Source of the DNA: Candidatus Bathyarchaeota archaeon
GTDB taxonomy: Archaea > Thermoproteota > Bathyarchaeia > TCS64
Reading direction: 5' to 3'
Length of the DNA stretch: 64,000 bases
Assembly: GCA_016783485.1 (NCBI GenBank)
Contig: JADHWM010000001.1
Coordinates: 10,181-74,180 of the forward strand
Numbering within the stretch: position 1 is the stretch's first letter; the number at the start of each line of letters is the position of its first letter. The notes beneath the pieces are model-generated. The model searched no databases and was not told where the DNA came from. It saw only the letters and a program-made list of their open reading frames with translations. Made by a program: the position numbers and the translations under genes. Below are positions 1 through 8,902 of this stretch, piece after piece.

Positions 1-987
1 ACCCTCGAGATCGAGAGAGGTGAAGTGATCACGGTCTTGGGGCCCAATGGTTCGGGGAAGTCGACCCTACTGAGAATACTCGCTGCCCTTGAGCAAACGA
101 CCAGCGGGGAGGTCCTCTTCGACGGGAAAAACGTCGACCTGAAGGACAAGGGGAGCTGGAGGAAGCGGACGACCCTCGTGTTCCAGCGGCCTGTTGTCCT
201 TAGAGGCAGCGTCTTCGATAACGTCGCTTACGGCCTCAGACAGAGAGGTCTCTCAAACGATGAGATCGAGGAGCGAGTGTCAGGGGCGCTCCATCTGCTG
301 GGGCTAGACGCCCTGGCTGAGAGAAACGCGAAGAGCCTCTCCGGAGGTGAAAAGCAGAGGCTCTCGATCGCCAGGGCGGTGGTTCTGGAGACCGATCTCC
401 TGCTCCTCGACGAGCCCACTGTGAACCTGGACCCCGAGAGCCTTGATATCGTCAAGAAATTCATACTCGGGTTAAGAGAGAGGCCGGACATCACCGTCGT
501 GCTCGCCACCCACGACATGGAGATTGCCAGAGAGCTTTCGGACAAGGTGCTCCTGCTGAGCGGGGGGCGGGTCGTCGAGATCGGTTCGACCCGGGACCTC
601 ATGTTGAGCCAGTCAACCGAGATGGCGAGGTTCGCTAGGACGGAGAACGTCTTCACCGGTGTCTCGAAGCGGGTGGATGGGGTCTCACGCATCGACGTTG
701 ATGGTGTCGTGATAGTCGGGGCTTTCAGCACTGAGGGGAGCACGACAGTCAATGTGAGGCCTGAGGACATCATAGTCTCCAGGAGAGTCATGGCGTCGAG
801 TGCCAGGAACAATCTGCGCGGGAAGATAATAGGGGTCGAGGAGCTCGAGGCCATCGTCAGACTGAGGGTGGACGTCGGTGTCGTCTTCACGGTCCAGATT
901 ACGAGGAGATCCCTCGAGGAGATGGGGCTCAACGTGGGCCAGGAGGTCTACATCACATTCAAGGCCTCCTCCGTCAGGCTCCTCTAG
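1..987 (+). CDS. Tungstate/molybdate-type ABC transporter ATP-binding subunit with C-terminal TOBE domain (5' partial)
   Basis: Walker A GPNGSGKST, signature LSGGEKQR, Walker B LLLLDEP, TOBE-like 'SSARNNLRGKI...FKASSV'. Frame is open from base 1, so the start lies outside the window. Confidence 0.9.
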   Translation, partial: TLEIERGEVITVLGPNGSGKSTLLRILAALEQTTSGEVLFDGKNVDLKDKGSWRKRTTLVFQRPVVLRGSVFDNVAYGLRQRGLSNDEIEERVSGALHLLGLDALAERNAKSLSGGEKQRLSIARAVVLETDLLLLDEPTVNLDPESLDIVKKFILGLRERPDITVVLATHDMEIARELSDKVLLLSGGRVVEIGSTRDLMLSQSTEMARFARTENVFTGVSKRVDGVSRIDVDGVVIVGAFSTEGSTTVNVRPEDIIVSRRVMASSARNNLRGKIIGVEELEAIVRLRVDVGVVFTVQITRRSLEEMGLNVGQEVYITFKASSVRLL

Positions 988-1054
988 GCGGGGGAAGACC
1001 TCAACATTTTTGTAACCCTCCGCTATTTCTTCGAGGATACCCGGCCGTGATGCA

Positions 1055-2287
1055 TTGAGCGAGGAGATCGAAGAGCCCGCCCTCATACCCTCCAAAGCCC
1101 TCTACGGAACTGGAGTAGCAGGGACTTTCTCGGACAGCATTGCCCACAGATACCTGAGCCTCCTCGCAGTAGCGGTGGGAGTAACCGTGAGCCAGATGAG
1201 CTACCTCAGGGCGGCGGAGAGCCTGAGCAGGAACATCCTACAGCTCCTCTGGGGCCGGCTCGTGGATCGCAAAGGCAAACGGATCTTCATCGCGATCGGG
1301 AGATTCTTGAACGGGATCATCGTAGCCTCCCTCGTCTTCGTGGAGGCTCCCGTCTGGGTCATGCTCCTCATGATAGGCGTCGCGATCTGCTGGAGCATCA
1401 TCACCCCGGCTTGGAGTAGTCTACTGGGAGACTACACCACCTACTCCAGTAGGGGAGCGGTCATCGGGAGGATAAGCGCACTGAGCCAGACGGGAAGTCT
1501 CGGGGCGATGATCGTAGCATTCACCATCTCCCTAAACCAGGTGGGAGAGACCACCCCTGAGTCCTTCAAGCTATTGCTTGCCCTTTCCGCAGTGATGAGC
1601 ATAGTCTCGGGGATCCTCAGCCTCTTCATCGAGGAGAAGCCCTCGAATCAGGAGGGGCGGGAACTCGATCTCCGTATCGTCTTCAGGGACTTGAGGCTCA
1701 GGAGATACCTCATCGTCAACGTCGTCTACGGCATCGCGATGTCCTTCGCCTGGCCCCTGTTCCCTTTCATCATAGTAGACAAGCTCTCCCTCAAGATCTG
1801 GCAGGTCGCCGCCTATTCAGTCTTCTCCGCGGCATCCTCGATGTTCTCCCAGCGGTACTCGGGCAAACTCATGGACAGGATCGGCCGCCGACCAGTAGTC
1901 GTGTTCAGCCGTATTATCATGGCCGTGTCACCTCTCTTCTACGTTGTCGCCACGGACTGGACTCACGTCGCCATGTCGGAAATAATCATGGGTTTCGGGA
2001 TGGGGGCCTGGATGAGCTCGGGGCCCACGTATATCATCGACCTCGCCCCCGTCGAGATGAGAGCCACCTATCTGGCAGCCAACACCGCTGTGTTCGGGGT
2101 GGCCACTTTCATGGGTAACCTCCTAGGGGGCTACGTCACAGACAACTTCCTCGCCGTCGGGGGAGCCCTCCAAGGCATCAATATGGGGCTCATGATCTCG
2201 GCCGGCCTCAGGTTCCTCACTGGGCTGCTCTTCTTCTTGATCCACGAGACCTATCCGACGAGCAAGAGAGAGCCCTCCGCACAGTAA
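1055..2287 (+). CDS. MFS transporter
   Basis: About 12 hydrophobic segments; MFS motifs GRLVDRKGKR and GKLMDRIGRR; TTG start. Confidence 0.9.
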   Translation: MSEEIEEPALIPSKALYGTGVAGTFSDSIAHRYLSLLAVAVGVTVSQMSYLRAAESLSRNILQLLWGRLVDRKGKRIFIAIGRFLNGIIVASLVFVEAPVWVMLLMIGVAICWSIITPAWSSLLGDYTTYSSRGAVIGRISALSQTGSLGAMIVAFTISLNQVGETTPESFKLLLALSAVMSIVSGILSLFIEEKPSNQEGRELDLRIVFRDLRLRRYLIVNVVYGIAMSFAWPLFPFIIVDKLSLKIWQVAAYSVFSAASSMFSQRYSGKLMDRIGRRPVVVFSRIIMAVSPLFYVVATDWTHVAMSEIIMGFGMGAWMSSGPTYIIDLAPVEMRATYLAANTAVFGVATFMGNLLGGYVTDNFLAVGGALQGINMGLMISAGLRFLTGLLFFLIHETYPTSKREPSAQ

Positions 2288-2564
2288 CATTAATTGGTTG
2301 ATACATATTGGGACAGTCTTCTAACTCCTGTCCTGTTTGGGGTATGCGCGCGCTGGAGGACGCTATATTAGAAGTTTTTTTCACAGATAAAGGTCAGATA
2401 ACTGGGTTCGGGTAACTTGTCGGGACTTGAAGGATTCTAAGTTTGGTTGGTAACTGGCGGGACTTTTTTCATTCGTCTTTCGTAGTGAAACACGAAGAAT
2501 CCTTCTCTGCCATACCATTTTCTTCACTTCCATCTAATGCAATAATAATCTAAGATGGTTGAGA

Positions 2565-4565
2565 TCACAGATCAGACGGTATCGAGCTTAAATGTGAGCC
2601 GAGCCTATGGTCTCTTTTTAGCATGAACCCGGCGATTATCAACCCTATGAGCAAGGCTTCATAGGGGAACCCAGGTATACCGTTAACCACAACCGTCACT
2701 CTATGCGTACCTTCACTCCCAGAGTCATCCTCGACATGGAGAGTAATACTATACGTACCGGGTGGAATCTCCGACCATGACCAGGACTCTAATCCCCTGA
2801 AAGAGACGTCTTCCTCACCGTTAATGACCCACGTATAGTCAACTATCTCCCCGTCAGGGTCGCTGGACCCCCCGGCATCCACGTGCAGCGTTCCCTCTGT
2901 GATCCACCACTCGACATCCGCCGTGGGCACTTGGTTTTCCGTGTCTCCCTCCGGAACCTCCACGGTCAGGGTAAATGGTTCGGATTCTTTTTCCTCATCA
3001 ATGACTATCAATGTTACCTCGTAGACACCGGGCTCCATGCCGCTCTTTGACCAGAAATCCCAATGCAACGCGTCCTCTATCAACTCGCCATCGATAAACC
3101 ATCTGTACTCCGTCGCATCCCCATCTACGGTTGACCCGGAGCTATCAAGGTAGAGTTCACCGTCTTGCATCCACCATTCAAAAAACGCTTCAGGGTCATC
3201 TTCACTTGGGATAACAGTCACTTGGAAGACATCATCGACTGATTCTCCGTCGAGAGGGCCAACAGAGACAAAGAAATCGTAGGCGCCCTCTAGGGAGGGA
3301 GCGGAAAAAATGAGTTCAACGGTTCTTGTACCCTGACCGGTTAACGGGATGAACGAAGCGACCTGTATCTCCTCGGTGTCTAGGTCGACTATCCCGAAAG
3401 CAACCGTGTCATTCGTCAACTCATATCTGACCGTAATCGATACCTGTATCTCCTTCCCTGTCTCAACGAACGCAGGGTACCGTAGATCCGTCATCTCCAC
3501 AAAATCCGATGAATAATCAATCACGTTCACCATGAAAACGAGTGTCGACTCGTTGCCCCAGGCCCACTCTGTTCCCACCAGATAAGGGACCTCAGCAATC
3601 AGGTCATACCTTCCAGGAGACATGGGCGCCTCAAATACCAGACTATAGGTCTTATTCCCCTCCCCGTATAACGCGTCCTCTGCCCCAACCACGTAGAGAC
3701 CCATGTCGATGCGGTAGATACCTAGCCCGAGAACGGTCTCCGAGTCAAAGATGTACCCCACGCTGACATTCACCGTGATCAACCCACCCGGCATCACATT
3801 GTCGCTGCTGTCTACATCTATGATCCATGCATCGGCGCGCAGCGGCGCCTCCACCTCAACGCTGAGAACAAAAGGATCAGAGAAGGCTCCATCATCATCC
3901 ACGACCACTAGGGATAACGCGTATACACCAGGAACCAAAGAGCCCCATGACCAGTAATCCCCTTCACTGGAGTCAACAACGGGCGTACCGTCGAAATACC
4001 ATATGTAAGACGCGATATAACCATCTGGGTCGCTGGACTCTGAGGCGTCCACATGCAGAACACCGTTTTCGGTCCGCCACACAAAACTAGCCATTGGAGC
4101 CAAGTTAGGTGAAGTCAGCCCTGTTATCTGAAGAGAATAAGTATCATAGGTAAAGTACTCATGTTTTACCAATATATAGAAAAAACCTGACTTTGTAGCA
4201 GTCCAAGAAACAGAGACAGGTGGCTGAGATTCCCTTGCTTCGTGCGTCGCTTGATCGACTTTTTGTTGGTTTGTATCAAACAACTGAAGAATGAAATACC
4301 CTGAATTCGTCGTTAACTCGACAGATATTACTTGATCTTTGACAACCGGTACCTTATACCAGTCATATTGATCAGGGTATCCACAATATCCGTTACCGGA
4401 AGCTATCTCAATCAGAGTCGCGTTGTCTATCGTATTACCGGCGTCACCGCCTGAAAGCATATCGTCTTGAGCCGCCGCACAAAACAGGACCGTGACTGTG
4501 AAAGAAACCGCTACGTAGCATAACAACAAAAACAGTAATGCAGAGAAACGAGGTTTATTCTTCAT
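2565..4565 (-). CDS. Secreted surface protein with a PPC-like domain, three PKD-like domains and a C-terminal PGF-type membrane anchor
   Basis: N-terminal signal peptide; 'DQYDWYKV' PPC-like motif; repeated 'DASESSDPDG..Y.W...G' and 'PG.Y...L.V.DD' PKD motifs; C-terminal GIPGFP + TM helix + basic residues. Confidence 0.8.
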   Translation of the reverse strand: MKNKPRFSALLFLLLCYVAVSFTVTVLFCAAAQDDMLSGGDAGNTIDNATLIEIASGNGYCGYPDQYDWYKVPVVKDQVISVELTTNSGYFILQLFDTNQQKVDQATHEARESQPPVSVSWTATKSGFFYILVKHEYFTYDTYSLQITGLTSPNLAPMASFVWRTENGVLHVDASESSDPDGYIASYIWYFDGTPVVDSSEGDYWSWGSLVPGVYALSLVVVDDDGAFSDPFVLSVEVEAPLRADAWIIDVDSSDNVMPGGLITVNVSVGYIFDSETVLGLGIYRIDMGLYVVGAEDALYGEGNKTYSLVFEAPMSPGRYDLIAEVPYLVGTEWAWGNESTLVFMVNVIDYSSDFVEMTDLRYPAFVETGKEIQVSITVRYELTNDTVAFGIVDLDTEEIQVASFIPLTGQGTRTVELIFSAPSLEGAYDFFVSVGPLDGESVDDVFQVTVIPSEDDPEAFFEWWMQDGELYLDSSGSTVDGDATEYRWFIDGELIEDALHWDFWSKSGMEPGVYEVTLIVIDEEKESEPFTLTVEVPEGDTENQVPTADVEWWITEGTLHVDAGGSSDPDGEIVDYTWVINGEEDVSFRGLESWSWSEIPPGTYSITLHVEDDSGSEGTHRVTVVVNGIPGFPYEALLIGLIIAGFMLKRDHRLGSHLSSIPSDL

Positions 4566-4627
4566 TTATTGAACAAGAAACGGTTAATCTCTGTCGATTA
4601 AACAGTTTGCGTGTTTATTTTCTTCTG

Positions 4628-4980
4628 CTAATAAACGGGGGTTGTCCCGGACATTAGTTCCCATATGGTGTCTAGACGTGTCTCGGTTCGAGTCCCTCGT
4701 TTTATCGTGTACTCGATCTCCTCCTCGACCCAAATCTCACTGATGGATACATCGTGAACATCAACAGCGGTTGACTCCATCCCAAACGCTTCATCATTAT
4801 TATAGACAACACCGCGACCTCCACGGCTGCACTCTAGTTTACAACGAACACGACCGACCTATTTGACTGGAACTCCTTGGACCAGTACGCGTAATCACCA
4901 CCATCAACTGTGATGCTCTCTGAGTCCACGCGCGCGCACAACAACGCTTGAAGGGCATGAACACATGTTCCCTTTGATCC
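4628..4980 (-). pseudogene. Possible degraded gene remnant
   Basis: Two protein-like fragments in different minus-strand frames (SESITVDGGDYAYWSKEFQSNRSVVFVVN* and VYNNDEAFGMESTAVDVHDVSISEIWVEEEIEYT...PVY*), with no intact long ORF. Confidence 0.35.
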
Positions 4981-5064
4981 TTTGTCGCTATAGTAACAAT
5001 ATGTGAGTATCCCACGTGTCTTACCTTTAAAAGGCGAGACCCCGCCTCCCAACTTGTGATATAG

Positions 5065-6390
5065 GTGCCAGAGGAAGTCAGGGTCCCGAGAGGAGCCCAC
5101 AAGCACATAGGAAAAGTCGACGGCGACCTAATAGTCTACGACGCCACTGTGAGGGCGGAGACCCCGGAGGGAGTCATCAAGGTCCACGGGGTGACCGAGT
5201 GCAAGGACGACTGCAGGTTCGAGTCCAGCCTCGAGACCACGGAGCTGAGGGGGAGCAGCGGGGACATCCTCGTCGAGGGCGACCTCACGGCCACGAGACT
5301 GGTCACGCTCAAGAGGGGCCGCCTCGAGGTGAAGGGCAATCTGGTTACCCCCAAGATCGAGGTGGACGATAGAGTCGATGTCTCGGGGGACCTGGATACA
5401 GACCAGGCCAGAGTCGGGGGCTCCTTGACCGTTGAGGGTAATGCGAAGGCGAAACGCGTCGATGTGGGGGGATCCTTCAAGGTATTCGCCCAGGCAGAGA
5501 TCGAAGAGATCGACGTCGGCGGCTCAGTCACAATCGAGCGGGCAGCCAAGACGGGTCTCATCAACGTCGGTGGCTCATTCAAATGCAACGGGCCCGTGGA
5601 GGCCGATAAGATCGACGTCGGCGGGAGCGTGAGGATCGAGGGGGAGGCGGACGTCAACGAGATCGACGTGGGTGGAACCGTCAAGCTCGAAGGGGGAAAG
5701 GTAGGGGACATCAAGGTCGGGGGCACCCTCAAAGCATCGAGGCCCTTGAACTTCGGCAACATCAGGGTAGGAGGATCCGTCAAGATCTCCGGCGGCGTCG
5801 GCGAGGAGATCGACGTGGGGGGCACCTTCAAGAGCGACGGGGACCTCGAGTTCGTGAACATCGACGTCGGGGGGACCGTCAAGATTGACGGGAACGCTAA
5901 GGGGTGTAACATCGACGTCGGGGGGACCGTGAGCGTGAACGGTGACCTCGACCTCTCCGAGGACCTCCGGGTAGGCGGGAAGGCGGCGGTCGACGGAGAA
6001 CTCAAAGCGAGAAACGTGAGGGTGGGTGGAAAGGTCGAGGCCTTCAAGATAGAGGCCCTCGACGAGATTGCGACCAACACCCTGAGGACGAGGAAGGGCG
6101 CGAAGGCGGAGGAGATCGAGATCGGGAGGAGGGGGGAGGTCGAGGGCCCCATCATCGCCAACAGGGTCCTCATCAGGGAACGCGCGAGGGTGGAAGACGT
6201 CTACGGGGGCACCGTGGTCCTCCGCAGGGGCTGCATGGCCGACAACGTGTACGCTGAGAGACTGACCATCGAGAACGATTGCAGGATCACCGGAGACGTG
6301 AAGTACACGGACACCCTGAATGCCGACAAGGACGCCCGGTTCTCCATGGACCCGGAAAAGACTGAAAAGCTGCCTGCTCCACCCTTCTAA
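5065..6390 (+). CDS. Extended bactofilin-like (polymer-forming cytoskeletal, YhbE/YhbF-type) beta-helix protein
   Basis: 13 tandem (I/V/L)x-VGG-(S/T/K) repeats at 16-18 aa spacing; C-terminal cap resembles YhbE/F-type proteins (...LTIENDCRITGDVKYTDTL). Confidence 0.75.
   Translation: MPEEVRVPRGAHKHIGKVDGDLIVYDATVRAETPEGVIKVHGVTECKDDCRFESSLETTELRGSSGDILVEGDLTATRLVTLKRGRLEVKGNLVTPKIEVDDRVDVSGDLDTDQARVGGSLTVEGNAKAKRVDVGGSFKVFAQAEIEEIDVGGSVTIERAAKTGLINVGGSFKCNGPVEADKIDVGGSVRIEGEADVNEIDVGGTVKLEGGKVGDIKVGGTLKASRPLNFGNIRVGGSVKISGGVGEEIDVGGTFKSDGDLEFVNIDVGGTVKIDGNAKGCNIDVGGTVSVNGDLDLSEDLRVGGKAAVDGELKARNVRVGGKVEAFKIEALDEIATNTLRTRKGAKAEEIEIGRRGEVEGPIIANRVLIRERARVEDVYGGTVVLRRGCMADNVYAERLTIENDCRITGDVKYTDTLNADKDARFSMDPEKTEKLPAPPF
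5407..6039 (+). repeat. Coding tandem repeat array (13 units of ~17 codons)
   Basis: Recurrent ATCGACGTCGG/ATCGACGTGGG DNA words encoding the IDVGG units. Confidence 0.85.
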
Positions 6391-6407
6391 TAGGCCTGGG
6401 GCATCCC

Positions 6408-6680
6408 ATGAAGCGGCGGACTCGCTACGACATCTACCTGGACACCCTCGAGACGATTCGCCGCAAAGGGGTGAGCCCCATCACAAGGATCTCGTACGGG
6501 GCCAACCTCCCCGTGGACAGGGCCAAGGAGGTGGTCCAGTTTCTCTCGAGTCGGGGGCTCGTGAAGGAGGAGGAATACGGGAGCACGAAGGGTTTCAGGA
6601 TCACGGCGAGGGGGGGCGAGTTCCTGGCAGCCCTCCATACCCTGAAGAGGTACATCGATGATGAGGGCCTCGAAGACTAA
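6408..6680 (+). CDS. Small winged-helix DNA-binding protein (archaeal HTH_45-like)
   Basis: RRTRYDIYLDTL...ITRISYGANL...FRITARGGEFL pattern. Confidence 0.85.
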   Translation: MKRRTRYDIYLDTLETIRRKGVSPITRISYGANLPVDRAKEVVQFLSSRGLVKEEEYGSTKGFRITARGGEFLAALHTLKRYIDDEGLED

Positions 6681-6723
6681 GGGTTCCATCGCTCCCCAAT
6701 ATATATAAAGAATTTCTTATATA

Positions 6724-6762
6724 AAAGAAAATATTTATATGTATAAGGTTTTTCGTATACAT
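6724..6762 (+). promoter_or_regulatory. BRE/TATA promoter with overlapping inverted repeat (candidate ArsR operator)
   Basis: Purine-rich AAAAGAAAA, then TTTATAT (6734-6740), then the perfect inverted repeat ATGTATA-N10-TATACAT (6739-6762) just upstream of the ArsR start. Confidence 0.6.
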
Positions 6763-6779
6763 CAGCGTGGAGATGCCGC

Positions 6780-7091
6780 TTGAGCGAGGACGAGCTAACG
6801 AAGCTGGTGAAGACGCTTAAGGCCCTGGCGAACCCGATAAGGCTGAGGATGATAGCATCCCTCGCCGAGGAGCCCAAGCACGCCTACGCCCTCGCCAAGG
6901 AGATGGGCCTGTCCTATCCCCTGGCGCACCTCCACCTGAAAGGATTGAGAAAATTGGGTCTAATCGAAGAAATAACTCCCGAGACCAAGACCGAAGGGCG
7001 CCCACCATCAAAAACCTACTCACCCTCAGATTTCGAGTTGGTGCTCAACCCCTCCAAGATCCTGGAGACAGTGAAGGAGGGCATAGTTTAA
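6780..7091 (+). CDS. ArsR/SmtB-family transcriptional regulator
   Basis: LKALANPIRLRMIASL...LAKEMGLSYPLAHLHLKGLRKLGLI. Confidence 0.9.
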   Translation: MSEDELTKLVKTLKALANPIRLRMIASLAEEPKHAYALAKEMGLSYPLAHLHLKGLRKLGLIEEITPETKTEGRPPSKTYSPSDFELVLNPSKILETVKEGIV

Positions 7092-7092
7092 A

Positions 7093-7425
7093 ATGTCCAA
7101 GACATCATCGGCATTGATCGTGCTCTCAGCAATAGCCATCGGTCTGGGAGTGCCCGGTATCTGCCTGTATGCGAGCCTCTTTTACGGTTTCAATTTCTTG
7201 GCCGCAGCAGCCGTTGCTTTTATGGCTGTACTGGTTGGCGGGGGGATCGCCATCGTCGGAGTCGTCCAGGGCCCCTTGGGTAGAGTATTCGATGACTCCG
7301 GGAGAGTCGAGAGGCAGAGGCTCAGGGTGCTCAGAGAGCAGCAGAGGGCTACCCTCGAGGAACTCAACGGGATCGTCGGAGTCCTGGGCGAGATCAGGGA
7401 CATCCTGAAGGCGGTGGAAGAGTAG
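7093..7425 (+). CDS. Small two-TM membrane protein with C-terminal coiled coil
   Basis: Two hydrophobic helices followed by a heptad helix ending LGEIRDILKAVEE; starts 1 nt after the ArsR stop. Confidence 0.75.
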   Translation: MSKTSSALIVLSAIAIGLGVPGICLYASLFYGFNFLAAAAVAFMAVLVGGGIAIVGVVQGPLGRVFDDSGRVERQRLRVLREQQRATLEELNGIVGVLGEIRDILKAVEE

Positions 7426-7560
7426 ATGTCCAGAAGCGCTGACTACTCCAGTCTGTCCGACGAGGAGCTCGTCAAGGAGACGGGTAGACGGCTCGAGGAG
7501 ATGATGGAACTCCTCGTTGAGATCAGGGACTCCCTGAAGGCAGCGGGCAGCATCGAGTAG
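7426..7560 (+). CDS. 44-aa helical microprotein (not in the ORF track)
   Basis: ATG immediately follows the upstream TAG; MSRSADYSSLSDEELVKETGRRLEEMMELLVEIRDSLKAAGSIE; host-like codon usage; fills the gap before the MFS gene. Confidence 0.7.
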   Translation: MSRSADYSSLSDEELVKETGRRLEEMMELLVEIRDSLKAAGSIE

Positions 7561-7577
7561 AGAGGGAGAAAGAAGCC

Positions 7578-8867
7578 GTGGAAGTTGAGGATATCAGGGA
7601 GGAAACTGCATCTGAGCCCAAAAAAGGGCTGCTGAGCAGGTTCCGCTCGGAGTTCGGGTTCATCCAGGGGAACTTCCTCGTAATGGTGATGAGCTGGATC
7701 ATCCTCGACTTCGCCAGCGAACTACCCGCAACTTATTACCCTAAGTACGTTGAGGCTCTCGGCGGCACCGCGGCCATCATCGGTCTCATCGGGGCGGTGG
7801 AGATGATAGCGAGAGCCTTTGTCCAGATCCCCGGGGGTTACATGGCTGACAAGTACGGGAGAAAATGGCTCATATTCACGATGACCTTCCTCGCGGGGAT
7901 AGCCCGCATCTTCTACGCGGCCGCCCCCAGCTGGGAGTGGATCCTCGTCGGTGCGATCCTAGTCGGATTGACGGGGATATACCAGCCTGCTTTACACGCG
8001 ATCATCGCAGACTCCGTCCCCAAGGACAAGAGGGGCATGGGGTTCAGCATCATCCAGCTCATCGCAAGCGCGTCTACGACGCCGGCCCCCCTCCTGGCGG
8101 GGATTCTGTACGTCAGGATGGGGCTGATGCGGAGCATGAGGCTCAGCTACGTCGTCGTTGTCATAGGCTTCGTTGTGGCCTCAATTCTGCGCTATAGGCT
8201 CAAGGAGACCGTGGAGGACCCCGCGAAGATCAACCTCGGTGAGATGCTGGGGGAGTACCCGACCTCCCTGAGGGCCAGTATAAATGTCTGGAAGGTTGTC
8301 CCCCGATCCGCCTTCGTCCTCTTCATCGTGTTCGTCTTCACGAACTTCTCCGTGGGGCTGTTCAACCCGGTGCTCACACTGTACATCCTCGACGACCTCG
8401 GCATCAACTACGTCGCGTTCTCCTACATCATGACGGCCCTATTCGTCTCCATGATCATCCTTGCGCTGCCAGCGGGAAAAATAATCGATAAATTTGGCAA
8501 GAAGAAGCCGATGATGGCCGCTTTCGTGGTCTGGGTCCTCGCTATGGCGATGCTGATCGGGGGAGACTTTTACAGGCTGATAGTGTCGATGAGCCTGGTT
8601 GGGATGATTCAGGTTCTCATCGGCGGGGCGGCCTCGGCCCTCTCCGCGGATTTGGTTCCTCGGGAGCACCGGGGGAAGGTCAACGGTTCGAGGGGTTTCT
8701 TTTCTATGCTTTCCATGTCAGCAGGTATGTTCGCAGGCGGGTGGCTGTACGACAACGTTGGCCATCAGGTGCCCTTCCTCCTCCAGTTCGTCCTCGTCAT
8801 CCCTCCGCTGCTCCTAACCCACTTCTTCATCGAGGAGCCTCACGTGGATGAAATAAGCGGCTCCTAA
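7578..8867 (+). CDS. MFS transporter
   Basis: GGYMADKYGRK and GKIIDKFGKK motifs; about 12 TM segments. Confidence 0.9.
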   Translation: MEVEDIREETASEPKKGLLSRFRSEFGFIQGNFLVMVMSWIILDFASELPATYYPKYVEALGGTAAIIGLIGAVEMIARAFVQIPGGYMADKYGRKWLIFTMTFLAGIARIFYAAAPSWEWILVGAILVGLTGIYQPALHAIIADSVPKDKRGMGFSIIQLIASASTTPAPLLAGILYVRMGLMRSMRLSYVVVVIGFVVASILRYRLKETVEDPAKINLGEMLGEYPTSLRASINVWKVVPRSAFVLFIVFVFTNFSVGLFNPVLTLYILDDLGINYVAFSYIMTALFVSMIILALPAGKIIDKFGKKKPMMAAFVVWVLAMAMLIGGDFYRLIVSMSLVGMIQVLIGGAASALSADLVPREHRGKVNGSRGFFSMLSMSAGMFAGGWLYDNVGHQVPFLLQFVLVIPPLLLTHFFIEEPHVDEISGS

Positions 8868-8902
8868 GCTGGCTCAGGAGTTCGAGTATTGAATCACGGG
8901 AA

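Noticed and set aside
2381-2533. 50-aa minus-strand ORF (MEVKKMVWQRR...)
   Set aside because: No recognisable motif and atypical composition; not supportable without homologs.
4681-4700. GGTTCGAGTCCC, resembling a tRNA T-loop or att-site remnant
   Set aside because: The T-stem does not pair beyond 2 bp, there is no cloverleaf, no matching direct repeat or integrase, and it lies in a probable minus-strand gene remnant.
5407-6039. Regularly spaced ATCGACGTCGG words that could mimic a CRISPR array
   Set aside because: The repeats are short, degenerate at wobble positions and in frame within a protein repeat; no cas genes or leader are present.
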